Shown here: one piece after another, positions 48,198 to 57,824 of the stretch
Layout of the letters: the number at the start of each line of letters is the position of its first letter
How positions within the stretch are numbered: position 1 is the first letter of the stretch
Source of the DNA: Spirochaetia bacterium
Lineage (GTDB): Bacteria; Spirochaetota; Spirochaetia; CADAEX01
Reading direction: 5' to 3'
DNA: 64,000 bases
Assembly (NCBI GenBank): GCA_963662795.1
Contig: OY759746.1
Span: 832,001 to 896,000, forward strand
Made by a program: the position numbers and the translations under genes
Notes under the pieces: model-generated
The model's database searches: none
What the model was told of the DNA's origin: nothing
What the model saw: the letters and a program-made list of their open reading frames with translations, nothing else

Positions 48198-48224
48198 ATT
48201 ACAATGCTATTGTAACATTGTAAT
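48198..48224. promoter_or_regulatory. Operator-like palindrome ATTACAATG-N9-CATTGTAAT upstream of the TAXI-TRAP operon
   Basis: Perfect 9-bp inverted repeat about 25 bp upstream of the start codon; the spacer holds an extra ATTGTAA half-site. Confidence 0.6.
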
Positions 48225-48565
48225 CAGAATCTGTCTATTTTTTTCATACGAAAAAGATATTATTAAAAGGCTATAATATTTTCAAATCAGGTGCCGGCCG
48301 GAAAGACAAGCTGCCAGGAATGAAGTTTCAAATGCATACTGTCCGGGGGATGATGAAGTCATAAGTCTGGAAAGTATCAGCTGTCAATATGCAGGACAAG
48401 ATGGCAGAAATATAAAGGCTTTAAATTATTACAGGTCCCGGTGTAATAATTAATAGAAATATTTATTTGGGGAAGTAAATTTCCTGCTGAAATAATCGGA
48501 ATCTGAAAAATCCACAGGAAGCCCTGACTGCAGAGAGCGGAACCGGTTCTCTGATGAAAGAATTT

Positions 48566-49162
48566 TTATTTTGCCCTGAACAGAAAATAACCGAGAATTA
48601 AATACGGTATTGTTACCGTCATCAAAAATGTAAACCCAGTATCTGCATCTTTCTGATTGAAAAAGATAAATCCAATGATGAAAAAATATAAAACCATAAA
48701 CAAATACATCCTGATAACCTGGGGAAAAAACAATCCCGGACTCTCGAATACACTGAAGTCTGTTGATTCTGATATTATATATCCCTGAAAGCTTGACCTG
48801 CTCCCCCCACGGCTTACCCTGTATGACTGAATGGGCAGTAATGGAATATAAAGAAAAGTAAACCATACTGTGGAAATAAAGGAACCGTCATTCTGACGTT
48901 TTGATGCTCCGTAAAATGCAGTACCGCATCCGATATAACGTACCGGATTGGATATATAATCAAGGTCAAGCTTATATGGTTTGGCAATGAAAAATCCTGT
49001 CAAAGCGATCAAAACAGGAAGAAAAGGAACTAAAAAAGATACATAGATTACTATTGCGAGAGTTTTATGATTTTTTCGCCAGGCATGAATTCCCACCCAT
49101 AAGGGAAACAGAAAATGAAAGACAACTGCAACCGATGTAATTATTATTTCAAACAGGTTCAT
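48566..49162 (-). CDS. Hypothetical membrane protein (AT-rich)
   Basis: 198 aa with several TMs, a GCGTAFYG...TVWFTFLYIPLLPIQSYRV segment and a GGAGG SD. Confidence 0.75.
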   Translation of the reverse strand: MNLFEIIITSVAVVFHFLFPLWVGIHAWRKNHKTLAIVIYVSFLVPFLPVLIALTGFFIAKPYKLDLDYISNPVRYIGCGTAFYGASKRQNDGSFISTVWFTFLYIPLLPIQSYRVSRGGSRSSFQGYIISESTDFSVFESPGLFFPQVIRMYLFMVLYFFIIGFIFFNQKDADTGFTFLMTVTIPYLILGYFLFRAK

Positions 49163-49378
49163 TTAAATAATACCTCCAGTAACATAAAAATATTTATTAA
49201 TAAGTTAAAGCAAGTAAAATTATTTATTCGACTCGTTAAGATATAATTGTATATCGTAAATACCGGTTTGTATATGTGCAAAAAACGTTAAAAATCAATA
49301 ACGCTTAACAGATTTGCGCGCTGGAGAAATTATATTTTTATTTCAGGAAGCTGATATCCGGTAGCAGCCATACACTTC

Positions 49379-50587
49379 TCACCCGGTCAGCATCAGCCAG
49401 AGAGCACCGGCGGCTGTTGTTATAATTGTTACCGGAAATCCTGCCGCAAGATATGATGAAAAAGAGAGATTTATATTCTGTCTGTGCGCTGTTTCAGAGA
49501 CTATCAGATTTGCAACAGAACCCATCAGGGTAAGATTGCCCGCATAGGTGGAAGAAAGGGCCAGGGCGCTCCACATGACATCCGGTTTTACCGCAAGCTC
49601 TACGACAGGCCGCAGAAGCATAACAGCCGGAACATTCGAAACAATATTGCTCAGCACAAGTGAGAAAGCGCTGAACAGGGGGATACTGTCTGAAATTGCC
49701 GTGCCGTATGCAGTTACAGCTTTCTGATAGAAATCGAGCCGGGTAAGCGCCCCTGTTATTACAAAGAGCCCTGAAAAAAAGACAAGTATGCTGAAATCAA
49801 TATCTGCAAAGACCCGCTCCGGATTTATCCTCCTGGTTATTACAAGAAATGATGCGGCTGCCAGAGCGGCTGGCGTTATCGGAAATCCTGCGGCTATTGA
49901 TAATGCCAGTATCAGGACAGAGAAAAAACTTTTATACAGAAGCGGTTTATAGATAAATACGGATGAAGAAACACTGATAATGAACCTTGATCTGTCAAAT
50001 TCCTTTCTGAAAACAAGAACAATTACCAGCCAGGATACAGCAAGGCCGAAAACTGAAGGGACAAGAGCCTTCAATGTGTATGAAAAAAAAGGGATGCCTG
50101 AAAGGGCTCCTATCATGATATTCTGCGGATTGCCGATGAAAGTCGCAGCTGACCCTATATTTGCGGAAACAGCAAGAGCTGCCAGGTACGGAACCGGATT
50201 CCGGGAAGCAATCAGAGCAGTTTCAATAACAAGGGGAGTCATCATCAGCACTATTGTATCGTTCAGAAAAAGCGCTGAAAGCAGCGCGGAAGTGAGGATT
50301 ATCCAGGCGAGAAGGGCCTCAGGCGTATCGGCTTTTCTGGCGATAAGCCTGCCTGCCAGTCTGAAGAAACCGCTTAATTTGAGGTTTGCATTGATTATCA
50401 TCATCGCGAAAATCAGTACTATGGTATTAAGGTCCACGCTTGCAAGCGCGTCACTGTAAGTAAGTGAACCGGTCAGTATAAGAAGAGCTGCGCCTGTAAA
50501 CGCGATTGTTGCCCGGTTCATCCGAAGGGAAGGAATTTTCCCCGCAGCAATACCGATAAGCGATGCGGCAATTATTACAACTGTCAT
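49379..50587 (-). CDS. Ion transporter (IT) superfamily anion permease (YbiR/ArsB-NhaD/CitMHS-like)
   Basis: SALFLND, ANIGSAATFIGNPQN, SNIVSNVPA and GNLTLMGSVANLIV. Confidence 0.88.
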   Translation of the reverse strand: MTVVIIAASLIGIAAGKIPSLRMNRATIAFTGAALLILTGSLTYSDALASVDLNTIVLIFAMMIINANLKLSGFFRLAGRLIARKADTPEALLAWIILTSALLSALFLNDTIVLMMTPLVIETALIASRNPVPYLAALAVSANIGSAATFIGNPQNIMIGALSGIPFFSYTLKALVPSVFGLAVSWLVIVLVFRKEFDRSRFIISVSSSVFIYKPLLYKSFFSVLILALSIAAGFPITPAALAAASFLVITRRINPERVFADIDFSILVFFSGLFVITGALTRLDFYQKAVTAYGTAISDSIPLFSAFSLVLSNIVSNVPAVMLLRPVVELAVKPDVMWSALALSSTYAGNLTLMGSVANLIVSETAHRQNINLSFSSYLAAGFPVTIITTAAGALWLMLTG

Positions 50588-50686
50588 ATCTTAAAAGATA
50601 TAGCATAAAAAAAAACACCAATCCATAGCAGTACCTGCAATATAATAATTGCACAACTTTACCTCTTGCTTTAGTATAAAAAAGTT

Positions 50687-51520
50687 GTGTGGTGGATAAA
50701 CCCTTTACTGCTTTTTGTAATCTCTTTTTTTCTCGGGATTGTCTCCGTCCTCGCGGGGATAGGAGGGGGTTCGATATATGTTCCTGTAGTAGCCGCCTTT
50801 TTCCCTTTCAATTTTGACCTGATAAGGGGAGCGGGGTTGTTCCTGACACTTGGAAGTTCACTGTCTGCCGCGCCCCGGCTTTTAAAACAGGGATTTGCCG
50901 ATATACGGCTTTCGCTCCCGTTTGCCCTGTCAGGCGCTGTGTTTTCCGTAATCGGGGCAAAGGCAGGGCTTGCGGCGGACGAAAGGTTATTAAAAATCAC
51001 GCTCGGAGTGATTATGGTTGCGGTCTCTGCTTTCATGATTTTAAACAGATCACGCTCATCATCAAAACTCCCCCTGAAAAAAGATTTTATCGCCTCAATG
51101 CTTCATATCGGAGGAGTATTCAAAAATAACGGAGTTGAAAAGGGGACTGAATGGTCCATAAAAAATTCCCTCACAGGAATGGTCCTTTTTGCGTTTATCG
51201 GGATAATTTCCGGGATGTTCGGGATAGGCGGCGGCTGGGCAGGCGTTCCTGTTTTAAATCTTGTCCTTGGAGTTCCCCTTAAACTTGCGGCAGGAACAAG
51301 CAGCATTATAATATCAGCCAATTCATCATCCGCGATCTGGGTCTATATTTCACACAATGCGGTTTTCCCCCTGATTGCCCTCCCCTCTTTTCTCGGTGTC
51401 GCGCTTGGTTCAAAACTGGGGGCCAGGTTTATGGGAAAAGCAAGCCCGCGCCTGATCAGGACCCTTATAATTGCGTTTCTGGTATTTTCAGGCATAAGGC
51501 TTATAGCAGGCAACCTATGA
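50687..51520 (+). CDS. TauE/SafE (TSUP) family sulfite/organosulfur exporter
   Basis: Duplicated GIGGG motifs (LAGIGGGSIYVP, MFGIGGGWAGVP) and LKLAAGTS. Confidence 0.9.
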   Translation: MWWINPLLLFVISFFLGIVSVLAGIGGGSIYVPVVAAFFPFNFDLIRGAGLFLTLGSSLSAAPRLLKQGFADIRLSLPFALSGAVFSVIGAKAGLAADERLLKITLGVIMVAVSAFMILNRSRSSSKLPLKKDFIASMLHIGGVFKNNGVEKGTEWSIKNSLTGMVLFAFIGIISGMFGIGGGWAGVPVLNLVLGVPLKLAAGTSSIIISANSSSAIWVYISHNAVFPLIALPSFLGVALGSKLGARFMGKASPRLIRTLIIAFLVFSGIRLIAGNL

Positions 51521-51903
51521 AAGATATGAATAAAAAATACGGCAGAATCTGCTCCTGGATAGACAGGTCATTTCTCTTTATCCTGGTCACCGGGTTTATA
51601 CTGTTTCTCATTGAACTTTATTCCCATCCGGAATACGGGGGGGAAATTGCCGCGCTGTGGAAAATGAATGGAGAGCAGATTGCAAGGCTTTCCTCTGATT
51701 CCGGAATGAACGGACTGCTCCTCGCACCGTCATACCGGCTCCTTTATTTTTCCATCATTCTTTTCGCCTCCGCTGTTGGAATAAGCCTGCTTGCCCTTTC
51801 AATCCTGTTTTTCCTTGACAGGGAATATGCAGCTTTTATATTCTCGTTTTTAACTGTACTTTCCATCCTGGCTGCAGCATCCGGCAGTTTCATATCCGGG
51901 TAG
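51517..51903 (+). CDS. Small membrane partner of TauE (DUF1634-like)
   Basis: Three TMs, ATGA overlap with tauE and C-terminal F..DREY...F pattern. Confidence 0.6.
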   Translation: MKDMNKKYGRICSWIDRSFLFILVTGFILFLIELYSHPEYGGEIAALWKMNGEQIARLSSDSGMNGLLLAPSYRLLYFSIILFASAVGISLLALSILFFLDREYAAFIFSFLTVLSILAAASGSFISG

Positions 51904-52053
51904 AAAACCAGGGGAAGTCCAGAAAGTGCAATTTTTTTTCTTTAATATATCTGCCTTTGCCGGAAGTATTCTTATTTTTGCATATATTCAAATAAAAAAA
52001 GCGATGCTATAATTCACAAAATATAAATCGGCACAGGAACAGCAGGTGGCAAA

Positions 52054-55000
52054 ATGATCCGCACAATTATAGAGTACTTCGCAAAAAGACATCTCCTGGC
52101 AAATTTCATAGCAGCAGGTATAATAATTACAGCAATTTTTGCATGGCAGAAAACCGGCAAGGAATCCATGCCTGATGTTACCTTTGATATAGTAAGGATC
52201 AACACAACCTATAAAAACACTTCCCCTGCCGATGTTGAATATTTTATAACAAAACCTATTGAAGATTCACTTAACGGCATTAACGGGATATCGACAGTTT
52301 CAAGCACATCAGGCTCTTCCTCAAGCTCGATAACTGTAGAACTTGAGGATAATCCATCCGAGAGAGACAATATAATAAATGAGATAAGAAGCAGCGTCCT
52401 TGAGGAAGATTTTCCGGACGACGCGGGAACACCGCGGATACGGGAGATAAAGACATCAGAGAGGTCTGTACTCGATATCGCGCTTATAGACCTGGATCAG
52501 AAAATACTGACTGCCGAGGGGAGAAAAAGGCTGCAGGATTATGCTGAAACACTGAAAAAGAGAATTGAAAGACTCAGCACAGTAAGGGAAGTATCAGTTT
52601 CAGGCTCTCTTGATAATGAAATCGTTATCCGTCTTGATCCGGATAAACTCTTGTACTACAACATGGCAGTTACAGATGTAATAGATATACTCTCCGCAAA
52701 CAGTTTCAGACTGCCGGCAGGAGTAATAAAGGATAAGGATGAAATCAAGGTTTCAATCGTTTCAGAACTCGACACGCCGGATAAAATAAGGAAATTGATT
52801 GTCCGCGGCACATTTGACGGCGCTACAGTCAGAATATCTGATCTCGGCACGGTTGATGAAACCTTTGAGGAATATGTAACAATAACAAAATACAACAGCC
52901 ACGAAGGGGTAAGACTGAATATTGTTAAAAAATCATCTGCAGGGATTATAGAAGCAAATGACATGATAATGGCAGAAGTCAACAGATTCAAAAACAATGT
53001 TCTTAAAGAGGCAGGCATAGATACCGTACTCATGGATGATGAATCAACCGCTGTAAGGGAAAGGCTATCTCTTATTTCCATAAACGGTTTAATCGGCTTT
53101 GTATTCGTAATTCTGACACTTTTTATATTTCTTGACTTTACAAGCGGATTCTGGGTAGCGGCCGGTATTCCGTTCAGTATGTGTTTCACCGTTATTTTTG
53201 TCTACCTCTCAGGCTACACCATCAACAACATGACAATGGCCGCGGTTATTCTTGTTATGGGTATGGTTGTGGATGACGCAATAATTGTCGCAGAAAATGT
53301 GGGAAGGCTGAGGCATAACGGAACAGACAGGCGGACAGCAGTCATAGACGGCACAGTCTATGTCCTTAAACCGGTAATAGCCAGTATTATTACAACATGC
53401 GTAGCCTTTACTCCGCTTTACTTCTTCGGAGGAAGGTTCGGCAAATTCGTTTCATTTATTCCGCTTCTTATTTTTCTTATGCTCTGTGGAAGCCTCCTTG
53501 AAGCATTATTAATTCTTCCATCCCACCTATCCATTGCACTGCCTGATTTCTTTAAAAGAAAAAAGAAAAAACTCAACGGGAAAGGACACTGGTTTGAAAT
53601 AGTTGAAGACAAATACGGAAAAATTCTGGAAAAACTGCTTGGAATCAAGACAATCCTTTATATTCTGCTGATCGCGCTTTTATACACCGCATTCAGCATA
53701 GTTTCAAATAAAATGAGTTTTGTGCTGTTCCCCCGCGAAGAAGTAACCAGGGTGGATTTTGAAGGGGCCGCACCGAAAGGAACAGATAAATTCATGACGG
53801 CGGAACTGGCACAGCAGGTAGAGGAAATATTTCAGCCGTACATCGGCCGGGAAGTCATTGCGGTGAGAACTGATATCGCCCGGAGCAGAAGAGGCGCGGC
53901 TGTTGAGGAGAACAGGTTTACAATCGATGTCCAGCTTGTAAGCCGCGACAAAAGGGAGAAATCCTCATCCCAGCTCACTAAAGAGTGGGAGGGAAAATTC
54001 CCGGCAGTAAAAGGCCTTGAAAGCCTTAAGATAAGACGGGGATGGTTCGGCCAGTCAAGCGGAAGCCCTATTGAAATTCTGGTGCAGGAAAACAATGATA
54101 CAACCAGAAACAGGCTTGCAGAAGAACTTTCAGAGGAACTCAGGAAAATACCCGGGATATCATCATCAGAAGTACAGGAGCAGAAACGTTTTTCAGAGTA
54201 TGTCATTGATTATAAAAAGGAAGTAATGCAGCGGTTAAACATAAGTGTTTCAAACGTAACCAGGACTATTAAAGCGATACTTAACAGATACGAAGTATAT
54301 ACGATAGACAGGGATGATGAGACAGAGCTCCCCGTCCAGGTGACAATACCTGACAACAGAAAAAAAACAATAGAACAGGTGTTTTCCGTTCCTGTCAAGA
54401 ATTCAGGCGGATATCTTGTGCCGCTTAAAACTGTCCTTGAATATAAGGAAATAGATTCCCCCGAAACAATATTCAGGGAGGATTTTGCCAGGACCATCAG
54501 GGTTTACGCTGATATCAGGGAAGGTTCCAAAATGACCCCGGCAGAAGCTGGTGTTATAATTGAAAACAGCATATTCCCGGAGTTATATGCAAAATATCCT
54601 TCGTCCAAACTGAAGTTCGGAGGTGAAATAAGAGACACAAGGGAATCGGGAAATGATATATTTTACTCAACAATCGCAGTTATTATAATCATTTATGTCG
54701 TCCTTTCCCTGCTGTTCAACTCCATGGTCAAGCCTTTAATCATAATGCTTTCAATCCCGTTCGGGGCGGCAGGCGTTGTTTTTGCCCTGTATTTTCACGG
54801 GATTACAGTATACGGTTTTTTCTCGGCTATCGGACTCATAGGGCTTTCAGGGGTCGTAGTCAATGATGCAATTGTAATGCTTGATAAACTTGAAAAGGAA
54901 TACTCAAGAACTGAAGGGCCTTCTGTCAAGGCAAAGGTAGCGTCAATTGCCAAAACAAGACTTCGGGCAGTTTTCCTCACAACAATAACAACAGTAGCGG

Positions 55001-55179
55001 GGCTGATTCCCACAGCGTATGGATTTGCGGGTTATGATTCCATGCTGTCTGACATGATGCTTGTTATGGCATGGGGGCTGATCTTCGGGACAATTATCAC
55101 GCTTCTGCTTATCCCGATGCTTTACTGTTCGCTTATGTCACTGAAATATTTCCGGAGGAAAGATGAAGCAGGCATATAG
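52054..55179 (+). CDS. RND efflux transporter permease (AcrB/AcrD/AcrF family)
   Basis: 1041 aa with TM4 GMVVDDAIIVAEN, TM10 VVVNDAIV and TM11 RLRAVFLTTITT. Confidence 0.93.
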   Translation: MIRTIIEYFAKRHLLANFIAAGIIITAIFAWQKTGKESMPDVTFDIVRINTTYKNTSPADVEYFITKPIEDSLNGINGISTVSSTSGSSSSSITVELEDNPSERDNIINEIRSSVLEEDFPDDAGTPRIREIKTSERSVLDIALIDLDQKILTAEGRKRLQDYAETLKKRIERLSTVREVSVSGSLDNEIVIRLDPDKLLYYNMAVTDVIDILSANSFRLPAGVIKDKDEIKVSIVSELDTPDKIRKLIVRGTFDGATVRISDLGTVDETFEEYVTITKYNSHEGVRLNIVKKSSAGIIEANDMIMAEVNRFKNNVLKEAGIDTVLMDDESTAVRERLSLISINGLIGFVFVILTLFIFLDFTSGFWVAAGIPFSMCFTVIFVYLSGYTINNMTMAAVILVMGMVVDDAIIVAENVGRLRHNGTDRRTAVIDGTVYVLKPVIASIITTCVAFTPLYFFGGRFGKFVSFIPLLIFLMLCGSLLEALLILPSHLSIALPDFFKRKKKKLNGKGHWFEIVEDKYGKILEKLLGIKTILYILLIALLYTAFSIVSNKMSFVLFPREEVTRVDFEGAAPKGTDKFMTAELAQQVEEIFQPYIGREVIAVRTDIARSRRGAAVEENRFTIDVQLVSRDKREKSSSQLTKEWEGKFPAVKGLESLKIRRGWFGQSSGSPIEILVQENNDTTRNRLAEELSEELRKIPGISSSEVQEQKRFSEYVIDYKKEVMQRLNISVSNVTRTIKAILNRYEVYTIDRDDETELPVQVTIPDNRKKTIEQVFSVPVKNSGGYLVPLKTVLEYKEIDSPETIFREDFARTIRVYADIREGSKMTPAEAGVIIENSIFPELYAKYPSSKLKFGGEIRDTRESGNDIFYSTIAVIIIIYVVLSLLFNSMVKPLIIMLSIPFGAAGVVFALYFHGITVYGFFSAIGLIGLSGVVVNDAIVMLDKLEKEYSRTEGPSVKAKVASIAKTRLRAVFLTTITTVAGLIPTAYGFAGYDSMLSDMMLVMAWGLIFGTIITLLLIPMLYCSLMSLKYFRRKDEAGI

Positions 55180-56572
55180 AAAAACATTTTTTCCCGCAGC
55201 TTCCACTGTCTATTTTCTTTTACTTGCTGCAGCTCAGTCATGCTTTGCGCTGGAGGAACAGGTCCTTGATACGGAATTGTTTGTTGAAAAATCCTGCGCG
55301 GCAAATCCTGTATTCAGCAGGATACTTACTGATTCACTTTATCTTAAGTATAAAGAGGCACTGGAAATGCCGCTTGATAATTACACACTTGATTTTGAAT
55401 TCTCCTATGATTACAAGCCGGATACTGACAACGGGGGAACCGGATCAAAAATAAGCCTGTCCCGGCTTTTCCCCGCAACCGGAACAGAGGGAAGCATCAA
55501 TTACCAGTATACCCCCGGAATGGCTGATCCATCCTCATCAGTCTCCTTTGAAATTTCCCAGGATATTGCGGAAAACGCTTTCGGGAAAGCATACAGTCTG
55601 GAAGGAATAGGAATAGACTCACAAAAAAAAATAGCACAATACCAGATTGCCGAAGCATATGAAGAATACCTGTCAGTTCTGATACAGGAGTATTACAGGT
55701 GGGTATCTGTATCTGAAAATCTGAAAACCGCTGAAAACGGTTATAAAGAAGGACTGAAGCTGCTTGAAAATACAGAGAAAAGGCGGGCAAGTATGATCGC
55801 AAGCAGCCTTGATGTCAGCCAGATGAAGCTCACAGTTCTCGATAAAAAAGAAAATCTGCTTAAAATAAGATCCGAGTATGATAAAACAGTAAGAAAAATA
55901 AAAGATTTCATGAAAGATAAATCTGAAACAGTCATAAAGCCCGGCTCCAGGTCCATTAATCTCAAACTTGATGATGATTTCGATACTGCCTTTGAAAAAA
56001 TAAAAACCGGCGCAAGAACTTTTTTTATCCTTGACGAGCTTGAGAAATCAGGTCTCAATTCAATTGAAATAAAGAAAAGAGCCCTTATGCCGTCTGCAGA
56101 ACTTTTTTCAGCCTACAGGTATGGGGGGACCGGATACCTTCCTGAAGCCGATCCGGTAAGGTCCCTTTCTTTCGGTGTCAGGATCAGTACAGGATTTCCC
56201 GATAAAAAGCAGAAAGCAGCTCTTGAAACAGCATCAATTGATTACAGCAAAACCCTTTTGAGCAGAGAAATAAGCACAGACAGCCTCCGTCTCGCGCTTT
56301 ACGAACTTTATCAGCAGATTAAGGATACTGATGTCCTATCCGAACTGTATAATGAGAAGCTCTCTGCAGCGGAAATGATTCTGAAAGATGAAGAGCAGAA
56401 CTTTAAAATCGGTAAAAGCACTCTGAAGGATTATACAGATGCAATCAATAGACTGGATTCAATCAGATACGGCATTCAGTCGCTCAAAGCGCAAAAAAAT
56501 ATTTATAATATTGAATGGATGAGGCTTTCAGATACTCTTGCAGAGGGTAAACTTCCTGATTTGATAAATTAA
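55163..56572 (+). CDS. TolC-family outer membrane efflux protein
   Basis: Signal peptide, two helical/beta repeats and the NFKIGKST motif; overlaps the RND gene. Confidence 0.8.
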   Translation: MKQAYRKTFFPAASTVYFLLLAAAQSCFALEEQVLDTELFVEKSCAANPVFSRILTDSLYLKYKEALEMPLDNYTLDFEFSYDYKPDTDNGGTGSKISLSRLFPATGTEGSINYQYTPGMADPSSSVSFEISQDIAENAFGKAYSLEGIGIDSQKKIAQYQIAEAYEEYLSVLIQEYYRWVSVSENLKTAENGYKEGLKLLENTEKRRASMIASSLDVSQMKLTVLDKKENLLKIRSEYDKTVRKIKDFMKDKSETVIKPGSRSINLKLDDDFDTAFEKIKTGARTFFILDELEKSGLNSIEIKKRALMPSAELFSAYRYGGTGYLPEADPVRSLSFGVRISTGFPDKKQKAALETASIDYSKTLLSREISTDSLRLALYELYQQIKDTDVLSELYNEKLSAAEMILKDEEQNFKIGKSTLKDYTDAINRLDSIRYGIQSLKAQKNIYNIEWMRLSDTLAEGKLPDLIN

Positions 56573-56682
56573 TATAATCAAACTATAATTATAATTATGA
56601 TTTATTCCTTCCTGACAGACAGGGGATAGCCCGTATATGCTGCAGCAGTCTTAAATACAGTCGAAAATTATAATGCAATAAA

Positions 56683-57456
56683 TCAGCTATACAGACTGGA
56701 GCCGGAATATCCCATTTCTTTTGAAATATTTAATGCAGTATCCACCACACAATCAGCCATTTCTTTATATTTTTTATCTGTCAGTGTATATTTTATTGTA
56801 ACAAGACTGATTGCAGCTATAGGGTTGGAAAGATGATCATACACAGGTGCTGCCAAACAATAAATCCCTTCTTCGTTCTCTTCATTATCAATAGAAAACC
56901 CTCGTTCTCTAATTAATTGCAGCTCTTTTTTAAAATCTGTCTTTTTTGTTATTGTGTGAGGTGTTCTGGCGAAAAGGCCATGTGATTTAATTATTGCATC
57001 ACTTATTTTTGTTTTATAAGAAGCTAACAAAGCTTTTCCCAATCCTGTGCAATACATTGGGGCTTGCATCCCTATTCCGAATACAGGCTGTAAAGTCGCC
57101 CCTGTATGTACACTTTTATCCAAATAAATAATGTTACCATTGTTCTCAACTGCTAAAAATCCAATACTGTTAGTAACTTTTGAAGCATTATCAAGATGCT
57201 GATGTGCAATTTTTCTCAAATTTATACTATCCAGACATTTTGTCCCGATAACAAGCAATTTGATCCCGAGTGAATATAGTTTATTATCATCATCAGATAC
57301 ATTCAGAATACCCAATTCTGTTAAAGTCTGCAGAATTTCAAAAGTTGTTGTTTTTGGAACATCAATAATTACTTTTATTTCGGAAAGGGGTAAAGACCTT
57401 CCTTCTTTTGCAATTAATTCGATAACTTTAAAGGCTCTATTTATTGATTTATTCAT
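56683..57456 (-). CDS. IclR family transcriptional regulator
   Basis: N-terminal HTH (KSINRAF...PKTTTFEILQTL), YCTGLGKALL and RGFSIDNEE...CLAAPV. Confidence 0.93.
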   Translation of the reverse strand: MNKSINRAFKVIELIAKEGRSLPLSEIKVIIDVPKTTTFEILQTLTELGILNVSDDDNKLYSLGIKLLVIGTKCLDSINLRKIAHQHLDNASKVTNSIGFLAVENNGNIIYLDKSVHTGATLQPVFGIGMQAPMYCTGLGKALLASYKTKISDAIIKSHGLFARTPHTITKKTDFKKELQLIRERGFSIDNEENEEGIYCLAAPVYDHLSNPIAAISLVTIKYTLTDKKYKEMADCVVDTALNISKEMGYSGSSLYS

Positions 57457-57824
57457 CTTCTCTTTTCCCCTAAATAACTTATCTTGTAAATAGATATATT
57501 AGAACAACTTCATCATAGATATCTTTTTTAACCATCATAGTATACACCAAACAGGATGTATTTGTGATAGTCTCTTAACGTTTTTTGACAATTTAATTTA
57601 AAACAATCTGCACAACAGCAACAGCTTTTTTTAAGAGATGACCACACTAACGCCGTTTTGGTATGAATATTATAAAATGGTTACCCCCATTAAGGAAATA
57701 GTCCCGACTATATCGGTGTACATATATTATATACCCTGCCTTGCAATCGGCACAGAGAAAAAATCACATATCAAAAGAGGCTGGTTGAATTTCGCGATCA
57801 TCCTATTTTCATTGATTTTAAAAA

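Noticed and set aside
48450-48866. Alternative 138-aa minus-strand ORF
   Set aside because: It overlaps the better 198-aa ORF, which has an SD, in another frame and has no motif.
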